Source: Rhynchobatus australiae
Taxonomy: Eukaryota
Reading direction: 5' to 3'
Assembly (NCBI GenBank): GCA_034780895.1
Contig: JAUZTB010000069.1
Location: 28,369,795 to 28,433,794, forward strand
Length of the DNA: 64,000 nucleotides
The notes under the pieces are model-generated. The model saw only the letters and a program-made list of their open reading frames with translations, ran no database searches and was not told the origin of the DNA. This document shows, one piece after another, positions 50,801-63,527 of this stretch. Positions within the stretch are counted from its first letter, which is position 1. Every line of letters begins with the position of its first letter. The position numbers were made by a program, and so were the translations under genes.

Positions 50801-53800
50801 AGCAGTAAACCCCACATCTGATCTGAACATAAAAAGTACACTACAAGTTTGCACTCACTTAGTGATCTTAACACAGCAATACAAAAATCACTTTAATTTG
50901 GGTCAAGTGTACTGTAACGTTGTACACTTTCTGAACTTAATTATGCTTAAGGTGTATATAATTCAATGTACTTCAGTAGTAATGGTGGGCAGTAGGGAAA
51001 AGCAAGGGAGAAAGGAAAGACAGAGAGAGTAATCTGCTCGAGCTATGTCCTCCGTCCATGATTCCCCATTCTGGTGATTGTGTAGAACACCACTTTAGCT
51101 TGGAAGTGTAAAATATTAAGAAAAAGTTAAGTATTCTTAATACTTAAGGCAACAGAACAATTGGAAACACTGGGCGACTCCATGAAAAACACAGTATTTC
51201 AAATTGTTTGGCATCCTAATCATGGACTTAAGTATCAGACATTCCTCCTCCTCCCCACCCCTTCCCCAGTAGATACACTGTATACGAATCGCATTTTCTC
51301 TTTTAAAGAAAACCTGTTACTAACAAAGAACGAGTCAACTCGAGGGTACCCTTACATAGTGTTTGCTGGCAGAACAAATGGTAGAGGAGACAATCATCTC
51401 CTCAGCCATAAAAGACCAAATATCCTGTTGAGGCAGGACACCAATCCACAATTTCCTCAAACATGCACACATAGCAAATTTCAAATCTCACACTGAGTCA
51501 AGGAAAATTGAGATGGATGTTAAAAGAAAAATCAGATACCCCACAGTACTTCATGAAACCCTCCATTAAACAGATTAAGAGTGTCAACAAGTTCTTGAAA
51601 CTACAATGACAATACTGGACATCCCAAGCCATTTAGACTAGAATCCCCTTTTCTCTTCTGCCTGAAGTTTTAATATAACCTGTGACATTCACTGGCAAGA
51701 CCAACAGTGCTAGCATTAGTCACACTGGTGGGTGAGTGTCAACATCTGTAGGTTGGGAACATTTCCCTTTATCCTCTGGGTTTGAGGGACATGCAAGATC
51801 CAAGGCGAGGTTTGGGGGAGGATTAGCAGAGAGCCAAAAAGAAACAATAATTTGCAAATGGCAAACTAAGGTGCAGATGGATTTGCTGCTCTCATTAGGT
51901 GGAAACGCCAAGGAGGTTACATGATTCCAGCCAAGTAATGCTTAAATCAAAATGTCAACCTAAGCAGAAAGGGCAGAAAATTAAACCAAGCGCACACACA
52001 CTAAAGAGACAGTATGGGCACCCTCACCTGTGCTCTTGCCAACTCCACTGGCAGTGCAAACTGGGAAGAGAAAGTAAACTGACAGTCAAGTGCAGCACAT
52101 ACTAAACGAAGCACACACACACATACACAAAACTGAGCAAGAACACATACACAGTTGCAACAGTCACTGAAATTTGTGTCTCCTCAAATGTCATTTGCAA
52201 CTTTGAAATAAGGAAACATAATTCACACAATTTTATGAACCCACCATACACAACAGAAATTCATACTCCCTCCACTTATGCACTTGCTGCATCTCAACAA
52301 ATACTAGGATCTTTGAATCCCATGAACAGTTAGACCCGATATGAAATGTTATACTTTTTCTAATGGGTATATCTTTCATCTGTAGTCTACAGTGCATAAA
52401 CAACATTCTTGCTGAATAAGCAATCAACTACAAGATAGTTGGTCCCAGATGAAGGAGAAGGGTCACTGCCGCTGGGCCAAGCACCCCAGGTTACGATGGA
52501 AGGAAAAGGTGCCACTTACTCACTAGTATTTTCCAGAAAAGCTTGCATGTGAATCACCTTCAAAATCCAAAGCCTTTCCACCATCAAAAAGGCATAACCG
52601 AGGAGTGTGAGGGATGCGTCCACTTATCTGGACAGCACCACCCAAGACAAAGGAGCACACCCGATTAGCATCTCATTCACCATCGTATGGTGCTGCATGG
52701 CTGCACATGTACGCCATCTATAAAATGCACTGCAGGTTTTCACCCAGGCTACTTAAACCACACCTCCCAAACCTACAACCTCTGTCCCCCTGAAAGGATC
52801 AGGGCAGCTATCCAGGTAAACAAACCTATCTNNNNNNNNNNNNNNNNNNNNNNNNNNNNNNNNNNNNNNNNNNNNNNNNTAGCATCCCATCATTATCTAA
52901 ATCCTGGAACCGCCTCCCCAACAATGAGGATAGATTCACCAGAAGGACTGCAGTGGTACAAGACACTGGTTCTCCAACACTTTCTCAAGAGTAATTAGGC
53001 AAAAGAAATATATGAAGACTTTGCCTAATATTCAGTGACACAAACAGGTTTGAAATAAATGCTCTCAGCACAAGTAGAATAACCATAAGGTGTAGCTTAA
53101 CAAGAGTGTAATGTTTTAAATGTACAAGCTTACATACAAGTGTTTCTGATTGGTCTTACTGTTTTGAAGTTGCTACTTATACAAAAGATCATTAAAGCAA
53201 CCACAATCTGATAACATGATAATGATAACATGTTGCAAGGTTGAGAGGCATGGTGGTCGAGTCCAAAAGTGATGCTAAATATAAAGGTGGCACTGAAGCA
53301 GGGATACATACAGAAGCTTCACACTGTGTAAGTCAGGCAGTAAATCGAGATGGTGATTAGGCAATGTTGGGCTTGAAACAACAAATGACTTAATTGATGT
53401 CCTCTTCCTAGTTAAGTCTCAGATACAAGGTAGTTCAGTCTTTATAAGAACCAAAAAGAGAAAGGAATAATTCAGTTAGAGAAAGGAAAGAATGTAATAA
53501 AATTCAAGATCTATTGTTAAGAATGGGTTAAACAAATCAGAAGACTATTAGCTACTGTAAAAGATTAAAGGAGAAAGGCATATAAAAAGATGGACTCAGA
53601 GAGGACACAACTGAGAGTAAGAGGGAGTAGGGAGAACGAGAGAAAGGCTGCACATGAACAGGAGGAAGAGAACTCGCAGTCAACAGAGTCTACAGCATTA
53701 GGAATGGATACCGCACCACAATCACTTGGGAGGATGACTACCAAGGTTTCAAGGAACAGACTGTGACTGCCACTTTTGTTAAGTATTAAACACAAAAAAA

Positions 53801-55261
53801 CCACTGGAGGAACTCATGATGCCACTTGATCCACCGAGTTCCTTCAGCAGTTTGTTTTTTACTCCAGAACCAGCATTTTCAGTCTCNNNNNNNNNNNNNN
53901 NNNNNNNNNNNNNNNNNNNNNNNNNNNNNNNNNNNNNNNNNNNNNNNNNNNNNNNNNNNNNNNNNNNNNNNNNNNNNNNNNNNNNNNNNNNNNNNNNNNN
54001 NNNNNNNNNNNNNNNNNNNNNNNNNNNNNNNNNNNNNNNNNNNNNNNNNNNNNNNNNNNNNNNNNNNNNNNNNNNNNNNNNNNNNNNNNNNNNNNNNNNN
54101 NNNNNNNNNNNNNNNNNNNNNNNNNNNNNNNNNNNNNNNNNNNNNNNNNNNNNNNNNNNTTTACCTAAATAGTAATAGTTTTTGTAAATTCTGTTTATTA
54201 TAAATTCTGAGCTCAAATGCAATATTCAGACTGTATATTTGGGGTTAAATGCAGATGTAAGGTCACTCTGCTCCATCTAAACATTGTTACCCAAGCTGTA
54301 TTCTATGATCATTAACACGTTTTCATTCACTGTCATTCTCTGCTGCTTCTTACAAGCACTATTATATAGTTCTTACCAGAGGATGATTTTGTGCTACGAG
54401 CCAGGCTCACAACCAAATCAGAATAATCCTGTCTTAACTTGGAGGTACTTCAGTTACAATTCCATGTACCAATATACTCCAATATCCCTTTCAAATCAAA
54501 CTTCAAAACTATTTTTTACAGAAAAAAATTTGCCAAAAGCAGAGTGAACAGGAATTAATGAACTTAGTTGATACATTTAGCAATAAAACAAAAAGAGAAA
54601 GAACGAACAAGTTGTGGCAAGGAAAAGACCTTGCATGAAGCAGCAACTGAGAAACAGCACTGCCCTATGTAAATATGGGATCCATATGTTCTAATGTGAC
54701 ACAACACTTTGATTTTTTTTTAAAACCTGGTGTGGACCCAGATCTCTTTTACAATATAGAAACTTGCAAATATTGGATCACAGAAATAGTTATTTCTACC
54801 CATTTTTTAAACTTTTTTTTTTAAAAAGACATACATCCACACACTTTAAAGGGGTTNNNNNNNNNNNNNNNNNNNNNNNNNNNNNNNNNNNNNNNNNNNN
54901 NNNTGAAAGCCTGAACTATCCTGATGTATCTAAAAAAAAACTAGGAAACTTAGATTAAAATGTACTGCTGCAGAGATTATCCTCCACCCCCCCACCCCAG
55001 AGATGGAGCAAATTTCCCATTAAAACCAAGCTCAGTTTGCAGCAAGGCCCGGGTTGGACTTAGCAATTCTGCACACATTTCTTCTTCCTTGAATGCCAAA
55101 TCTGATTATTCCAATACTCCCAAATTTATTGCACTGCTTCTCCCAAATTGGACTTCAAGTATTCCCTTCAGGCTTTGTCCCAATCCTCATTCCTCAAGAA
55201 TCTGCCTCAGTTTCACAACAACATTAACACACTTGTATGGATGCAAGAAAGCCAACCTCAC

Positions 55262-55364
55262 CTTCTCCTGCTCCGCAAGCAGGATACGGGCTTGGTTATT
55301 CTCTGTTGAGGATATCAGAGAGTCGTTCCTCTGTTCCATCAGCAAATTACTCTGCTCCACATAT
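55262..55364 (-). CDS. FKBP15: FKBP15 exon (YVEQSNLLMEQRNDSLISSTENNQARILLAEQEK)
   Basis: tgcag| ... |gtgag; matches human YVEQSNLMMEKRNNSLQTATENTQARVLHAEQEK. Confidence 0.96.
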
Positions 55365-56262
55365 CTGCAAGCACAGGGAGACAAACCATTATGAAAATGG
55401 AAGACAGGTAAATGGGAGACAATAGGAAATGAGAATAAGGACTGCCCTTGGATTTACAATGCGAATGATAATATTTAATGAATTGAGATGATGAGATGCA
55501 AAAAAGATACAAAGGAAATTTTTTTTTTCTGGTGGAGAAATCCACAAGGTGTAGTAACTTAAAATCTGAACCCGGATATTTAGTGGTGGAAATGTTCAAG
55601 TCCAAGATAAATATGGATCACACTGTGGGTGAGGAATAATCAGAAACATAAAACTGTTATGGCACAGGGGGATGTCCACGCAGACAAACAGGTTCACTAC
55701 CCAGTCCCACTTTCTTTCCCTGTGGCCCAGCAAGTTATTACCCCATAACTACCTGAACAATTCAAAGGCAAAGAGTTCTAGCTCATAACCACTCTCTATG
55801 CAAGAGTTTTACCCTTAGATCCCCTTGTACATTTTGTCCATTGCTCTCTGACCCTGGAGCCAAACACTAATAGTAATAGCTTCCCTATTTACCCTAAATG
55901 CATCATGACATTGTATACCCTTATCAAATCTGTTCTCTGCCTGCTGTGTTCCAAAGAGAACACTATATAGCTTTTCATTCTATCCCAAAATCCCTCATCA
56001 CTGAAACCGTACTATTTTATACATTCTCTCTAGCAACTTAACATTTTTCCTAAAGTATATTAGCCAGAATTTGATGCAATGCTCCAGTTGTGACCTAACC
56101 ACATTTTTAAGGAAGATTGAACATAATATCACTGCTTTTGAACTCTCAAACCTCAAGCCCAGCAATAAATATGCATCACTAACTGATTTCTCATCATGTT
56201 CTGCCATTTTTGTCTTCCTTCATACTGCTCAGAGTTAATGCAGTTTGATGTCTTCCCAGTAC

Positions 56263-56357
56263 CTTTGGTTTCTCTGGATCAGATCACTGATCTTTCCATT
56301 CTGTTCTTCAATCCGACTGCTTTTATCAAACACTTCCTGCTTCAATCTCTGATTTTC
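56263..56357 (-). CDS. FKBP15: FKBP15 exon (ENQRLKQEVFDKSSRIEEQNGKISDLIQRNQR)
   Basis: tatag| ... |gtact; matches human ENERLKQEILEKSNRIEEQNDKISELIERNQR. Confidence 0.95.
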
Positions 56358-56989
56358 CTATAAAGAATCAGAGTGGATGGAAAAGGAAAAACAAACTTAA
56401 TACTTTCTACTCATTGAGAAGCATCAATACCCATTATGATATGCAACTTAGCAGTATGTCAGCATTAATGCCTGATAGCACACACAACAGAAAACAAAGG
56501 CTGGTAATCTTAACATTTCTGAGCACAGTACCATCAACTAGCTTTTTCTGGAGCACAATGCTAATGAGAACACAGCTTCAGTCTGAGCCTGGAGTAAGTG
56601 GCAAATGAGAGAGTTACGTACTTGACCTTCTCCTCAGTGTACAGACTGCAGATGNNNNNNNNNNNNNNNNNNNNNNNNNNNNNNNNNNNNNNNNNNNNNN
56701 NNNNNNNNNNNNNNNNNNNNNNNNNNNNNNNNNNNNNNNNNNNNNNNNNNNNNNNNNNNNNNNNNNNNNNNNNNNNNNNNNNNNNNNNNNNNNNNNNNNN
56801 NNNNNNNNNNNNNNNNNNNNNNNNNNNNNNNNNNNNNNNNNNNNNNNNNNNNNNNNNNNNNNNNNNNNNNNNNNNNNNNNNNCATGTCTGGGGCCTAAAC
56901 TTGGCTCAATGAGTTCTAGAATGGTGTGCTAGCACCAGGGATATCCAAAAGTGAAATGACAACCCAGCAAAGCTGTAACACGAGATACA

Positions 56990-57815
56990 AGATGGTTATC
57001 GGGAATTAGAGGGATTTTAATCAGCTGGGTAAATGGGCCGAGGAACAGCAAATGAAGTTCAATTTGTAAAAGTGCGAGGTGTTGTATTTTGGGGAGACAA
57101 ACGAGGGTAGGACTTCCACAGTGACGTTAGGGCCCAGAGGAGTGTTGCAGAACACAGAGACCTAGAAGTACATTATTACTGGAAAGAGGTGGCACAGGTA
57201 AACAGGCTGCTGAAGGCAGCTTTTGGCATGCTGACCTTCATCAGTCAGGACATTAAGTACAGGAGGTGGGATGTTATGTTGCAGTTGTACAAGATGTTGG
57301 TGAGGCTACGTTTGGAATATTGTGTTCGGTTTTGGTCACCCAGCTATTGGAAAGATGCCATTAAGCCAGAAAGAGTACAGAGATTTACAAGGATGCTGCC
57401 GGGTCTCCATAACTCCGAGAGGAGGCTGGGACTTTATTCATTGGAGCACAGGAGAACGAGGGGTGATATTATAGAGGTGTACAAAATCATAAGCGACATA
57501 GATAGGGTGAATGCCCAGCATCTTTTTCCCCAGGGTTGGGGAATCAAGAACTAGAGGGCATAGGTTTAAGGTGAGAGGGAAGAAANNNNNNNNNNNNNNN
57601 NNNNNNNNNNNNNNNNNNNNNNNNNNNNNNNNNNNNNNNNNNNNNNNNNNNNNNNNNNNNNNNNNNNNATGTTAACTACATTTAAAAGATACTTGAATGG
57701 GAAAGGTTTAGAGGGATATGGGCCAAACACAGACAAATGGGACTAGCTTAGATGGGAATCTTGGTAGGCAAGGACCAATTGGGCTGAAGGACCGGTTTCC
57801 ATGCTGTACGACTAT
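56990..57815 (+). mobile_element. CR1 LINE 3' fragment
   Basis: ORF LYKMLVRLRLEYCVRFWSPSYWKDAIKPERVQRFTRMLPGL...RGDIIEVYKI. Confidence 0.9.
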
Positions 57816-58439
57816 AAGACAATATGTGCACTAAACAACATTCAATATAAAGAGCTAAGCAATTCCATGGCCATCAAATCAGATCAAAACCATGCAGTTC
57901 TGCTACATCCAGTTGTGTACGGCTGTGGACAATCAGAAAGAACTTCCAGGAGGTTGTTCTACAAACATCCCCACCTTCAACAACAGCAGAGCACTGTATA
58001 AGAGTATTAAAATCAAAGCCCAAACATTCACAATGATATGACCGGGTAAATCTCCATGCAATTTCATGGAACATCCGGATAAAGCAAAGACAATAAGACC
58101 ACTCAATACCCTGGCTGTAGTGCTTTCTCTAGAATTAGCCTCACTTGTACTCACTCTCTTTAGGGCAGCTACAACACTTAATATGAAAAAACAAGGTTAT
58201 GGNNNNNNNNNNNNNNNNNNNNNNNNNNNNNNNNNNNNNNNNNNNNNNNNNNNNNNNNNTATCATGGACAGTGCTGTCAATCTGTTCAAGATGCTGTTTG
58301 GCTTTTGTCTGGGTAGCTCAGCCCCTAATTTGGCATCATGGTCGGTAAAGGCAGTGATATGAAAGGCTTGTTCCTGTACTGTACAGTTCTATAGCTCATA
58401 ACACCCTGTCCAAACATACAATAGAATGGAGTGTCAGAG

Positions 58440-59580
58440 GCAAGATGCTAGCCACTGCCCTTGATGTCAAGGTAGTATCTAATACAGTATAGCATCAAGG
58501 TGACTTCGTAAAACTAAAGTCAATGGAAATCAAAAGGTAAAACTTTCCATTGGAGACAGACCTTTCAAAAGGAATATGGTTGCAGGTGTTGGAGGTCAAT
58601 CACCTTAGATCCAGAACTTTTACTGCACAAGTTTCTCTGGGCAAAATCCTAGGCACAGCCACAATCAAATGCTACATCATGGACTTTTAGTTCACCAAAG
58701 GTCAGAAGTGGGGCTGCTCACTGATAGCCCAAAAACGTTCAGTTTCATTCACATTTCTCATTTCAGAAAATAAACCAGCCATGTTTGCAGGCAGAAATCA
58801 TTTGTTGGGCATAGGCTGTTATGTGGCAAGATACACACACACAAAACACACACTCCTACAGCTATCTCCAACAAAGGAATCTAACTTTCTACTTTTGACT
58901 TTCATCGGTATTACCAAAGAGCTCTCCTCATCAACATCTAGGGGTGGAGTAAGGGCCACAGGAGTCACCACTGACAAACTGGACCATTCATCTAAACACT
59001 GGAGCTGCAAGAACAGGTCTTAATTGGGTGCCCCGCAACAAGTGACCTTTCTTTTTCCCCCCAACTCCCCAAAGCATTCCCAACACCTCTAGAGCATATA
59101 TCAAGGATATGATGGAACACTCATAACTTGCTCAGATGTATACAGCTGCAACTACACAAGAAGCTAGACACCATCTGGGAGGAAGGAAACGGCTTTCAGT
59201 AGCCATTCACCATCCTTAACATTCATTCTCTGTCTTTGCTGCACCACGACTGCAATGTGCATAGTCTACAAAATGCAATGCAATTACCTGCTGAGCAGCT
59301 CTGAAACTACAGCCTCTACTACCAAGAGGGAGGAAGGCAGCAAGTGCAAGAGAGCAGAATACCCTACAAGCACCTTCCTCAAATCACACACCAAACTGAC
59401 ACAGATATACATCACTGCTCCTTCGTCATTGCTGATTCTATACCATAAACCCTCCAAGCAACAGTACAGTGGGAGTAGCTTCACGAGACAGATTGCAATG
59501 GTTCATACAGGCAGCTCACTACCTTCTCAAAAATAATTTGGGAGAAGCCTAAACCCCAGCCTTCTCAGTAACTCTCACAT
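58440..59580 (+). mobile_element. old non-LTR retrotransposon RT fragment
   Basis: degenerate ALD..VV / V.LGKILG.(GSVLGP-like) blocks; same tail as 35800-36290. Confidence 0.55.
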
Positions 59581-59625
59581 CCTATAACCAAATAGGAGTA
59601 TTAAATAGACAGCGATTGCACTTAC

Positions 59626-59730
59626 TTGTATAATCCTCTGGATATTATGCATTATCATGCTTGTTTCCATGGTTAACGATGAAATGCCTGGGATCGAAGG
59701 ACCAGTCACGTGTTTCTGCAAGTCTTCCAT
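59626..59730 (-). CDS. FKBP15: FKBP15 exon (MEDLQKHVTGPSIPGISSLTMETSMIMHNIQRIIQ)
   Basis: cacag| ... |gtaag; conserved TMETSMIM.NIQRIIQ motif. Confidence 0.95.
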
Positions 59731-60059
59731 CTGTGACACCAAACAACAGATCTCAGCTTCAACAAGCTGTGTGAATCCACTTTATGCTACATTCTTATTC
59801 TCATCTTTTACCGGCACCATCATTCTCGTGCTTCACATCATTTGCACCCCCTAAAGCTGGATCCAAGTGCCCATGCGTCGCCCGAACCCAAATACTTGCA
59901 GCTTATCATCAGAGGTGGGAGTAAGCGATTGAACTGACCTCGAAGTACATCGCATTCAATCCTCTCTACCCAGAGTTTTTTTTTAAATAATTCTTTATCC
60001 TAGCAAACAAGATCAGCATTCAATAGCAATTCCTAGAGTATATTAGCCATGAGTAAAAC

Positions 60060-60895
60060 ACTCATGGGATTGAACGTGGTCAGTGCGGGTTTATGAAAGG
60101 GAATTCATGCTTAATAGGTCTACTGGAGTTGTTTTTATTTAAAAAGAGGATGTGATTATTTATAGATTAGGTAAGGGAATATCAGGAGATGTTGCATACC
60201 TTCAGAAAGCCTTTGATAAAGGTCCCAAGCAAGAGATTAGTGCACAAAATTAAAAGACATGGCATGGGGAGGTGATATACGGACATGAATTGAGAAGTGG
60301 TTGATAGACTGGAAACAGAGTAGGAATAAATGGGTCTACTTCTGGGTAGCAGGCAAGGGCTGGTCTGATCCTGCAGGAATCAGTATTTGGGCTCTGAGCC
60401 ATTTACAATATTTATCAATGATTTGGTGATATTGAACTAAATGCAATATTTTACCATGGAGAGAGGGCACCTAAATTTACAAGACTGCTTCCTGCAGGGC
60501 TGACATACAAGAAGAAATAGTATGTTTGCTGGAGAATAGAAGAGTGAGAGAGGACCTCACAGAAACCAATAAAATTTGAACATAATTGCCCAGACTAGAT
60601 ACAGGGAGGATAATCCTGACGGCTAAAGAATCTAGAACCAGGGGTCACAGACTCAGGGCTATTTAGAACTGAGATCAGGAGAAATTTCTTCACCCAGAGT
60701 AAGGTGAACCTTATTCTACCAAAGGTGGCAGTGGAGGCCAAGTCATTACATCTGTTCAAGGAGGAGTTCAATACCGAATGGGATCAAGGGATAAGGCGAA
60801 GGTGGGAACAAGGTACCGAAGTGAATGATCCCAGTGGATGAGGAGCAGGCCCAAAGGGTAAACCGACCAACTCTTGCTCCAATCTTCTATGTTTC
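60060..60895 (+). mobile_element. CR1 LINE fragment with internal deletion
   Basis: gggtttatgaaagggaattcatgctta, cagaaagcctttgataa (QKAFD), and a 3' tail colinear with 564-1095. Confidence 0.8.
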
Positions 60896-61189
60896 CAAGT
60901 TAACTAATTGCTGTTGATGGAGGGATTATCAACAAGATGCATATCCTCGTGTGCATTCTTCTAGCAAAGCATAATTAATTGAAAATGGCTTTTTAAAAAA
61001 AAACTCTTACAGCCATCGCATGCCCATAATTAACCTAGCTGAGATTCGCTAAGATTACTTAAATACCTAGTGTCCCAATAGCTCCAAGTAGATCATCACC
61101 ACAGCACCTGGAGCAAACCCCTCAGTTCATTTAACATTTGGCCCAGCATTCTTTAACATGCAGGCCTGCAGAATCTACGATCAGCTCAC

Positions 61190-61299
61190 CTTAAGAGCAA
61201 GCTGGTCAATTTTATCTGATGCCTTGCTGATGGCCAGTCGAATCTCAGTGTTATGCTGCCGTGCCTCAGTCATCATAAAAGAAGTGACATCTCCGCCAG
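61190..61299 (-). CDS. FKBP15: FKBP15 exon (GGDVTSFMMTEARQHNTEIRLAISKASDKIDQLALK)
   Basis: aacag| ... |gtgag; matches human GDMASFLMTEARQHNTEIRMAVSKVADKMD. Confidence 0.96.
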
Positions 61300-61619
61300 C
61301 TGTTAAAAAAATGAAACCAGTGTTAAAATGTTATTTGGGAGTGATACCAAATGTTTAATGTGATTCTCTGCATCCACTAGATGCAAATCACAGATTATAC
61401 ATCATAAAAAAGCACATCAGAACTCCAATTCCTCAAAGCTACACCCTGGACACACTACTTTGTTGAATGGTGTACAAGAACAAATTGTTGGGGTTTTACT
61501 ACACCACCTTCACATGGAGGTGCATGCACAATACTCAACTCAAATGGCCAAGGGTGTCTCAAGGACTGTTCAAAACAAACCCCAAAGCACTGGCTGCTCA
61601 CATTGCACACATAAAGACA

Positions 61620-61790
61620 CAACTTAGAACATAGAGCAGTACAGCACAAAACAGGCCCTTCAGCCCACAATGCTGTGCCGACATAGCTAACCCCTCCTAT
61701 CTACAGGAATGCTCATATCCCCCTATTTTCCTCTCATTCATGTGCCCATCCAAGCCCCTCTTAAAAGCCCCCAATGAATTTGCCTCCACC
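61620..61790 (-). mobile_element. CR1 3' end
   Basis: agaacatagagcagtacagcacaaaacaggcccttcagccc is the reverse complement of the CR1 tail. Confidence 0.75.
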
Positions 61791-62060
61791 NNNNNNNNNN
61801 NNNNNNNNNNNNNNNNNNNNNNNNNNNNNNNNNNNNNNNNNNNNNNNNNNNNNNNNNNNNNNNNNNNNNNNNNNNNNNNNNNNNNNNNNNNNNNNNNNNN
61901 NNNNNNNNNNNNNNNNNNNNNNNNNNNNNNNNNNNNNNNNNNNNNNNNNNNNNNNNNNNNNNNNNNNNNNNNNNNNNNNNNNNNNNNNNNNNNNNNNNNN
62001 NNNNNNNNNNNNNNNNNNNNNNNNNNNNNNNNNNNNNNNNNNNNNNNNNNNNNNNNNNNN

Positions 62061-62156
62061 CTGTGGTGCTTGAGCTGGGTACATCGGTCCAATAGTCTGA
62101 ATCTGTGTCTGAGCTCCATGGCCTTGTGTGTAACCATAGGACATTCCTGTGTATGG
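62061..62156 (-). CDS. FKBP15: FKBP15 exon with its 3' end lost in an N gap (PYTGMSYGYTQGHGAQTQIQTIGPMYPAQAPQ…)
   Basis: ttcag| acceptor; resembles human PYAGMQAYAYPQ...PLYPA; the frame runs into gap 61791-62060 without a donor. Confidence 0.85.
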
Positions 62157-62947
62157 CTGAAGTATAACATTAGCAGATTGTGAAAATTATTTAAAAATGC
62201 CCCAATATCCTGTGCTTTCCACCTCTATTCAACACACTCAAGACTTCAGTAACCCCTCCCTTAGCCTAAAAGACAAACATTGCTACACACCACCTTGATC
62301 AGCACGAAGAAATGAGTATCAGTGAGCACAGGCTAAACACTCATGAGAAAAGGCAACTTATTTTTTTAATGTGGGTAAAAACAGAGTTTGTGATGTAGAA
62401 AATGTAATCCATGGAGTGCACTGCCCAATGGCCTGGGTACAAACACTGATAGACTGGCAGAAACACCAGCCGCATTAAGGACATTAAAGTTCACTGCATT
62501 AAGCTGGTAGACCCTCTCTGTTGTAACCCCCTCTATCTCTACAACCTCCAAGAACTCCCCATTCTTCCAATTCTGGCATCTTGTACATCCCAATTTTATC
62601 AGTTCATCACTGGAGGCTAAGCCTTGGTTTCAAGATCTAGAATTCACTCTCTACACCTCTCCACCCCACTGCCCTCCTCTGATACGTGCCATACAATCCA
62701 TTCCTTTGACCAATAGTTATTATTGACCTGTCCCAGCATCTCTCTATGTAGCTTTAAGTCAAATCTTGATAATCTTGAAGTACTTTGGTATATACTTTTC
62801 CTACATTAAAGACACGTTACATACACAGGTTATCAACTAATCAAACTTCAGAATCCTAAACTATGTGACAGTATGGGTTGACAAGTTTTGCTCATTATAT
62901 TCCCCTACCTCCACTTACTCATGTCAAATGAAAGATACTCAATGTAC

Positions 62948-63045
62948 CTGGAAGGATTGACCACTGCCAGACAGTCCTTGCTGTGCAGGCAAAGCAACTG
63001 GCATTAGTGCTGCAGAAGATGTTGGAAGCATAGACACTGGCACTG
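62948..63045 (-). CDS. FKBP15: FKBP15 exon (AVPVSMLPTSSAALMPVALPAQQGLSGSGQSFQ)
   Basis: cttag| ... |gtaca; matches human SAALMQV...SGNAQSFQ. Confidence 0.88.
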
Positions 63046-63430
63046 CTAAGATAAAAAAATTCCATNNNNNNNNNNNNNNNNNNNNNNNNNTAACTACCTG
63101 CAAAAAAAATGAAAACAGACATTTTAAAAAATGCAAGACAATTAGCTACCGTTTAACACTATTGTGAACGAGCCACATAATAGTAATTGGGTGAGATACT
63201 AAATAATAGAGCAAACCAAGACAGGAAGTTCCCTCTGCTTCAACTCTAGTCTGAAAAGAGCTAGTAACTGGCACATCAACAATGGAGGTATTACAATAGG
63301 TAGGAAATAGGGTCAATTTGCACAGACACAAATTGAAATGAACCCTGCACAGATGAACATTAATGGCTCAAATTAGGATAAAATGCAATGGGTGATTTAG
63401 CGATGAGGAACAAAACTAACTGTACACTAC

Positions 63431-63527
63431 CTGGTGGCGGATGCTGTGGAGGTAGACTGTGAACAGGAGCTGCCGTATGCTGAACTGATGGTGGGGCAGC
63501 AAGTGGAGCTCCCTTTGAAGAATGATC
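63431..63527 (-). CDS. FKBP15: FKBP15 Pro-rich exon (DHSSKGAPLAAPPSVQHTAAPVHSLPPQHPPP)
   Basis: tgcag| ... |gtagt; phase 1 end fits the next exon; upstream exons (FKBP domain) lie outside the window. Confidence 0.82.

Noticed and set aside
53590-53766. Charged ~58-aa open frame on + (MDSERTQLRVRGSRENERKAAHEQEEEN…)
   Set aside because: Short, purine-rich and antisense within an FKBP15 intron, with no splice context or recognisable homology
47803-55261. Possible missing exon or nested gene in the 7.5-kb FKBP15 intron
   Set aside because: The flanking exons join in phase and are colinear with the recalled human protein (EQEK|VKVTEE); the content looks like old LINE debris and AT-rich sequence
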